Of a DNA stretch of 64,000 nucleotides, positions 59,415 to 64,000 are shown one piece after another. The notes under the pieces were generated by a model. The model was not told where the DNA came from, searched no databases, and saw only the letters and a program-made list of their open reading frames with translations. The DNA is taken from IMG/VR virus record IMGVR_UViG_3300045684_000050, positions 52,795 through 116,794 of that record; one strand, written 5' to 3'. Every line of letters begins with the position of its first letter. The first letter of the stretch is position 1. The DNA comes from a virus. The translations under genes were made by a program, and so were the position numbers.

Positions 59415-60004
59415 GCAGATGGACCACAAACCATACAGGAGAATTCTTTAGTAAGCAAAAACGCACCAATGAATTGGATAAAGATATGCAAGAAACTATA
59501 GATAAAGTTAAATTGTATGACCAGAAGCAAGAACGAGCTATAATGGAAAACAATTACGACAGTACAGCTGATACCCTTAAACACATCAAAAAGGTAAACA
59601 AATACCTTATCAATGCTGCCATGGAGCTGCTTAAAAGAGCACAAGTTCATGATGACTCTAAATTAGGACCTAATGAGAAGCCATTCTTCGATGAAGAAAC
59701 TCCTAAGCTGGCCGGCCTTACTTATGGATCTGATGAATACTCAGAATCTCTAAAGAGATTGGGCCCAGCACTAGACCACCATTACGCAAATAATTCGCAC
59801 CACCCACAACACTTTCCTAATGGCATCGACGGAATGAACCTATTCGATATCATAGAGATGTACCTGGATTGGCAAGCAGCTTCAGAAAGACATACAAACG
59901 GCAACCTTATCAGATCCTTATCAATCAATGCAGAAAGATTCAAAATGTCTCCCCAGCTGGTAAAAATATTTATGAATACCTATGAATATTTGTTACCTTT
60001 CTAG
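59411..60004 (+). CDS. DUF5662-like (HD-related) protein
   Basis: HDDSKL...HHYANNSHHPQHF...MNLFDIIEMYLDWQAAS. Confidence 0.75.
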   Translation: MSRWTTNHTGEFFSKQKRTNELDKDMQETIDKVKLYDQKQERAIMENNYDSTADTLKHIKKVNKYLINAAMELLKRAQVHDDSKLGPNEKPFFDEETPKLAGLTYGSDEYSESLKRLGPALDHHYANNSHHPQHFPNGIDGMNLFDIIEMYLDWQAASERHTNGNLIRSLSINAERFKMSPQLVKIFMNTYEYLLPF

Positions 60005-60035
60005 CTATTATTAACTAACATAATCAATCCCAAAC

Positions 60036-60227
60036 ATGCAAATTTATACAAACGAAAATAATGAAATTGTTATCGAAGGTATTCCACCACAAGGAATTAC
60101 CATAGTCCACAACGAACATAAAATAAAAGTACTTGCAGATACTGTTCAATTCTATATAGAGAATGAAGATACAACAGAACATATACAAGGTATGCCAATT
60201 ACTGAAAAAGACGTATCTTTACTATAA
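60036..60227 (+). CDS. Small hypothetical protein
   Basis: ORF track. Confidence 0.55.
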   Translation: MQIYTNENNEIVIEGIPPQGITIVHNEHKIKVLADTVQFYIENEDTTEHIQGMPITEKDVSLL

Positions 60228-60240
60228 AACACATAGAATC

Positions 60241-60537
60241 ATGGATAATAAAAATGAAAAAGATAAAATTATAAGAATACAACAGCTGATGGCAATAATC
60301 CCTTCTATACCTATAGTCTATTGTAATCTAAATCATTTTGGCAAATTCCTGAAAACAATACCTACATCAGAGCTCATGAAGATTAGATACCTCCTCGATG
60401 AACTGGATCCAACTGATCATAATTACGAACTATCTTCTATCCTAAGAATAGAAATAAATCTTAGAAAACAAAATAAATCAATACAACAAGTACTGCCTCC
60501 AGGTTATGATGTCAATATCAATAATAACCTAAATTAA
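60241..60537 (+). CDS. Hypothetical protein (likely start MDNKNEK at 60241, not 60163)
   Basis: The ATG at 60241 avoids overlap with the previous gene. Confidence 0.5.
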   Translation: MDNKNEKDKIIRIQQLMAIIPSIPIVYCNLNHFGKFLKTIPTSELMKIRYLLDELDPTDHNYELSSILRIEINLRKQNKSIQQVLPPGYDVNINNNLN

Positions 60538-60717
60538 ACCAAACTACACATCAGGTATATTTAATAATTTAATACCCAAAAATACAATCCCTACTGAAAA
60601 CACTTAACAAAAAAAACCTGTACCTGGAAATCATGTACCTGGAGATCAAATACCAATACTAGACTGGATCACAGTAAGACATATCCTTAATACAACATAT
60701 GGAATAAACCTGCCATC

Positions 60718-60882
60718 ATGATAACAAAAACAAAATCCAGAACCGTAACCTGTAATAACTGCCAAAAACCATTCACCATAACCATAACACCCCAAAGAAC
60801 AGTATACTACTGCCCACATTGCAATACAAGAAAATTTATGAATTACGAACCACCATATATTCCTATGAAGTCAGAATGGTGA
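60718..60882 (+). CDS. 54-aa zinc-ribbon protein
   Basis: Hand-translated: CNNC...CPHC. Confidence 0.6.
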   Translation: MITKTKSRTVTCNNCQKPFTITITPQRTVYYCPHCNTRKFMNYEPPYIPMKSEW

Positions 60883-61603
60883 GCCCCTAACACTCTCCTA
60901 CCTCCACATTCCAATACTTTATAAATACTCCCCGAAATATATACATCACCCCGTAATCAACATATATCAATATGTTCACACTATCCTTACCATTACTGGG
61001 ATCTACATAAAATACTACACTATCATCCTCCATTGTGTGAAGCCACACCGGCTATTTAGTTCAGGACCAAATATACTTCCATTTTTTTTACTACCCTAAA
61101 TAACCACCCCCCACTTATCCTACAAAATAACCCCCCCCCCTCCTACTCAAAAACTAACTTTCTTACTAGCTAACATGTTTAATTTTTTAAAATAATTTAT
61201 TACCTATACCCATGCCCAAAACTAAACTTTTCGACTACATACCAAAATATTAATATTGTATAGGGGCTGTCGATTTCGGTTTTTTGGTGCCCCGTCATGA
61301 ATATATAGGTATATACTTTTTGTGGAATAAAAGAGATAGGAAAGTATATACAGGTAGATGTTAGAGTTTAGATACATACCTATATGTTAAACATGTATTT
61401 ATATAGTGATGTGAATGATTGAACATGTAGGCATATATTGAAAGTGAAAAATATATGTAGATCTATATTAGTAATAAGCCTTATAAACCTGATCCAGATA
61501 CGCAAGTTGTTAAAAATATATTTTATTTATGTGTCTAGATATTAGGTTTAATAGATAATTAAAGTTATCTTTAAGTTATTATTTAATTAAACAATAACAA
61601 CTT
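60883..61603. other. Long noncoding region with a C10 tract and an abrupt A/C-rich to G/T-richer switch near 61260; candidate origin or genome-end region
   Basis: No ORF in the track; composition seen directly. Confidence 0.45.
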
Positions 61604-62446
61604 ATGAAAAATTTAAATTTATTTGACGTAGTGAAAATCGCCCAATTACCAACAGTAAAAGATATTAATGGTATATCATTAATAGACGACGAAAAAACTT
61701 TTTGCACTTACAGGACTGATACAGGTGCAAAACTTGGAACAGTTGGTCAGTCTTATAAGGTGATGCAAAACAGCGGAATTTATAACATTATGCAACAAGC
61801 TTGCGACATTGCAAAAATTGACCCTGAAGGCATCAAATTTCTACCTTTACAAGGAGGTCAAAAAGTGAGTTTTCAGGTACAGTTAAAGGACATTAAGGTA
61901 TCAGGATATGACATGGTAAACATGTATTATTCATTCCTTACTTCTCACGATGGAAGTACAGGCACTGCAACTGATCTAATTAATTTTCGTGTATATTGTT
62001 CCAATACATGGAGACAGGCAATGAAAATGATGAAGAAGTATAAACACACCGTTAACGGTAACCATGCAGCCATTGAGCAAGCTAACCACATTTTAGAAGC
62101 CATTGAAGAATCCATGATGCTACAAGAATTGTATACATCAATGCATGAAACGCCTTTCAGCAAGTCAGATGCAAAAGAATTTTGCTTTGAACTTTTAGGA
62201 TTCGACGATGAAGCAATTGAAAAGAGTGCACGCAAATTTGGTAAATATGATCGTTTTATGGAAGGTCTTGGACACGAATTAAAAGAAGTAGGCGAGACTG
62301 TATGGGGAGCATATAACGGTATAACGTACACGACAAACCACCTAATTAACAGGAAGGACAAACAAATGGATTATGTTCTTTTAAAGGAAGGTCACACTCT
62401 CACGAAGAAAGCTTTAAAAATCTTAGTTCCTGAATACGCGAATTAA
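61604..62446 (+). CDS. DUF932-like protein
   Basis: LGTVG..Y..MQN...SHDGS...R.YC.NT...KHT.N...W.AYNG.TY. Confidence 0.8.
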   Translation: MKNLNLFDVVKIAQLPTVKDINGISLIDDEKTFCTYRTDTGAKLGTVGQSYKVMQNSGIYNIMQQACDIAKIDPEGIKFLPLQGGQKVSFQVQLKDIKVSGYDMVNMYYSFLTSHDGSTGTATDLINFRVYCSNTWRQAMKMMKKYKHTVNGNHAAIEQANHILEAIEESMMLQELYTSMHETPFSKSDAKEFCFELLGFDDEAIEKSARKFGKYDRFMEGLGHELKEVGETVWGAYNGITYTTNHLINRKDKQMDYVLLKEGHTLTKKALKILVPEYAN

Positions 62447-62449
62447 TAC

Positions 62450-62508
62450 GGTTGACTGATGATATTTTAATAATCGAAAGGTAGGCAATAATTGCCTACC
62501 TTTCAACC
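62450..62508 (+). ncRNA. Type I hammerhead-ribozyme-like element, copy 1
   Basis: GGTTGA-CTGATGA-(short stem II)-GAAA-GGTAGGC..GCCTACC-TT-TCAACC; non-canonical U.C at the base of stem II. Confidence 0.55.
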
Positions 62509-62555
62509 ATAAAAAAGGTAAGTATTTATTAATTAACTAAAAAAACAATAACAAC

Positions 62556-62927
62556 ATGTTAGAACAAATTTACATCAGAAGTGATCAAGTGGAATATGTT
62601 ACAGGGAAAACATATTGCCCCAATGGATTGTATATTGATGGCTCTTTAATCCACAACAATCATTCATTGCCTGAAACATTTGACGAAATGCAAGAAGAAA
62701 TATTCCGAATGTTCATTATTTATGAACCTTGCGGGAATAGTTCTATTGGTCATGGTATCTCAGCACCTTCTCCAGAAGAAGCAATAGAAGAACTTTGTGA
62801 AATTCTCATGAATGAATACGATAGCCATGAGGAAATTCATTTATTTGCCATTAAAGAGATCATAACAACGACGCAAACAAGGACACAGCACTTGAGGAAG
62901 TTATCTGAATTATATAACCACATATAG
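62556..62927 (+). CDS. Acidic hypothetical early protein
   Basis: ORF flanked by the two hairpin elements. Confidence 0.7.
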   Translation: MLEQIYIRSDQVEYVTGKTYCPNGLYIDGSLIHNNHSLPETFDEMQEEIFRMFIIYEPCGNSSIGHGISAPSPEEAIEELCEILMNEYDSHEEIHLFAIKEIITTTQTRTQHLRKLSELYNHI

Positions 62928-62985
62928 GTTAACTGATGATATTTTAATAATCGATAGGTAGGCAATTATTGCCTACCTATTAACC
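62927..62985 (+). ncRNA. Hammerhead-like element, copy 2 (GAAA changed to GATA)
   Basis: Near-identical to copy 1 with compensatory base changes. Confidence 0.5.
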
Positions 62986-63005
62986 ATAAAAACAATAACA
63001 ACACC

Positions 63006-63179
63006 ATGAAAAACATTTTAATTTACACCTTTGCCACTATTGCATTTTTTGCATCTATGTATTTACTTGCATTATCTTTGCTCGAGAACAATTCCAAATA
63101 CTTTGCATCTGGTTTCATGTTCTTGATATTATGCTCTATTATCATTTTATTTATTGACTATAAAACCACATACAAATAA
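63006..63179 (+). CDS. 57-aa two-TM membrane protein
   Basis: Hand-translated; preceded by the AACAATAACAAC leader. Confidence 0.6.
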   Translation: MKNILIYTFATIAFFASMYLLALSLLENNSKYFASGFMFLILCSIIILFIDYKTTYK

Positions 63180-63250
63180 CCATAAAAATCGGCTCCAGAA
63201 CTTTTATACTCCGATAGGACTGATTATGTAATCATATAAACACATAAACC

Positions 63251-63505
63251 ATGAAAAATGAAAAATTGATAAACGTAAGTAAATATTGGCTAATTTGTAT
63301 TACCTCAGAGATGGCACTAAATTACAACACAGGACTTATTAATAGCCAAGGTAGTCCGTTCTCACAATTTAGAAAAGTAGTACCAGATTGCCCAAGGTTA
63401 AAAAAATCAGCCTTAATTTGGGTAGATCAACTACTCAAGGAGAATGAATTTAAACCAACTAATTATTTCACTAAGACAATAAACAAGATCAATGAGACAG
63501 CCTAA
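63251..63505 (+). CDS. Hypothetical early protein
   Basis: ORF track. Confidence 0.6.
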   Translation: MKNEKLINVSKYWLICITSEMALNYNTGLINSQGSPFSQFRKVVPDCPRLKKSALIWVDQLLKENEFKPTNYFTKTINKINETA

Positions 63506-63647
63506 GATTTATTATATAATCATCTTTGCCTTTTGTATGACCGCTTCAATTTTCACAGTAGATCATATAAATGGACTACTATGGACATTAATTACATTCA
63601 TTGGTTTCATCTCCTTTATGCTTACACTACATCACATGAATGATTGA
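63492..63647 (+). CDS. 51-aa two-TM membrane protein
   Basis: Hand-translated MRQPKIYYIIIFAFC...; followed by a terminator. Confidence 0.5.
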   Translation: MRQPKIYYIIIFAFCMTASIFTVDHINGLLWTLITFIGFISFMLTLHHMND

Positions 63648-63674
63648 TTGATTAACGGAAGAATATATACCTAC

Positions 63675-63709
63675 ATAGGCCATTATTAAATTAATGGCCT
63701 ATTTTTTTT
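63675..63709 (+). terminator. Intrinsic terminator
   Basis: ATAGGCCATTA/TAATGGCCTAT 11-bp stem plus a T-run. Confidence 0.8.
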
Positions 63710-63722
63710 ATCCATTGCCAGG

Positions 63723-64000
63723 TGAATATATACCTATATGTTCATTTATACAGGTACATATATTCATAGATGACTGAATATGTAACCAGATATATTCATA
63801 GATGGCTGAATATGTAACCAGATATATTCATAGATGGCTGAATATATACCTATATGTTCATTTATACAGGTACATATATTCATAGATGACTGAATATGTA
63901 ACCAGATATATTCATAGATGACTGAATATGTAACCAGATATATTCATAGATGACTGAATATGTAACCAGATATATTCATAGATGACTGAATATGTAACCA
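63723..64000. repeat. Noncoding tandem array of 32-bp units (ATATATTCATAGATGRCTGAATATGTAACCAG) interspersed with two 52-bp variant units; continues past the window end
   Basis: tgtaacca at 63781, 63813, 63897, 63929, 63961, 63993; 52-bp units start at 63723 and 63839. Confidence 0.95.

Noticed and set aside
60538-60721. Extra gene ending in an ATGA overlap with the zinc-ribbon ORF
   Set aside because: The frame PVPGNHVPGDQIPILDW... has an upstream TAA and no start codon; it would need an indel in the A8 run, which cannot be checked without reads
63723-64000. CRISPR array
   Set aside because: The units are contiguous and near-identical with no unique spacers, and there are no cas genes in the window
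1-64000. Genome-wide stop-codon reassignment, as in some Crassvirales
   Set aside because: Genes are long and tightly packed in the standard code; TGA occurs in several ATGA/GTGA overlaps and TAG ends genes normally
1-64000. tRNA or rRNA genes, integrase, transposase
   Set aside because: None recognised by eye; tRNAscan-SE was not run, so a tRNA cannot be fully excluded

Overview
A 64-kb segment of a large, AT-rich tailed-phage genome that resembles Crassvirales and probably infects a Bacteroidota host. Bases 1-50683 form one continuous minus-strand morphogenesis module. In transcription order it contains HTH, HU-like and GroES-like genes, a RuvC-like resolvase, terminase, portal, scaffold, major capsid, crAss-type ring and auxiliary capsid genes, a roughly 18-kb block of very cysteine-rich putative virion proteins (including 1912-aa and 2141-aa giants with DUF11-like, SprB-like and tandem 6-Cys repeats), tail fibre/tailspike paralogs, a lysis cassette, more ring proteins and ejection/cargo proteins. 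Bases 50763-64000 are plus-strand: a PD-(D/E)XK exonuclease, a putative replication initiator, about 20 small accessory genes (including DUF5662-like), a roughly 0.7-kb noncoding region with a skew switch, and an early-type cassette region (DUF932-like). In that region two hammerhead-ribozyme-like hairpin elements follow consecutive genes. The window ends in a 32/52-bp tandem array. The most notable features are the Cys-rich virion architecture, the twin covarying hammerhead-like elements, recombination scars among the tailspike paralogs, the terminal array and one gene with two in-frame TGA codons. All product calls come from motif and synteny recognition by eye. No database search was run.
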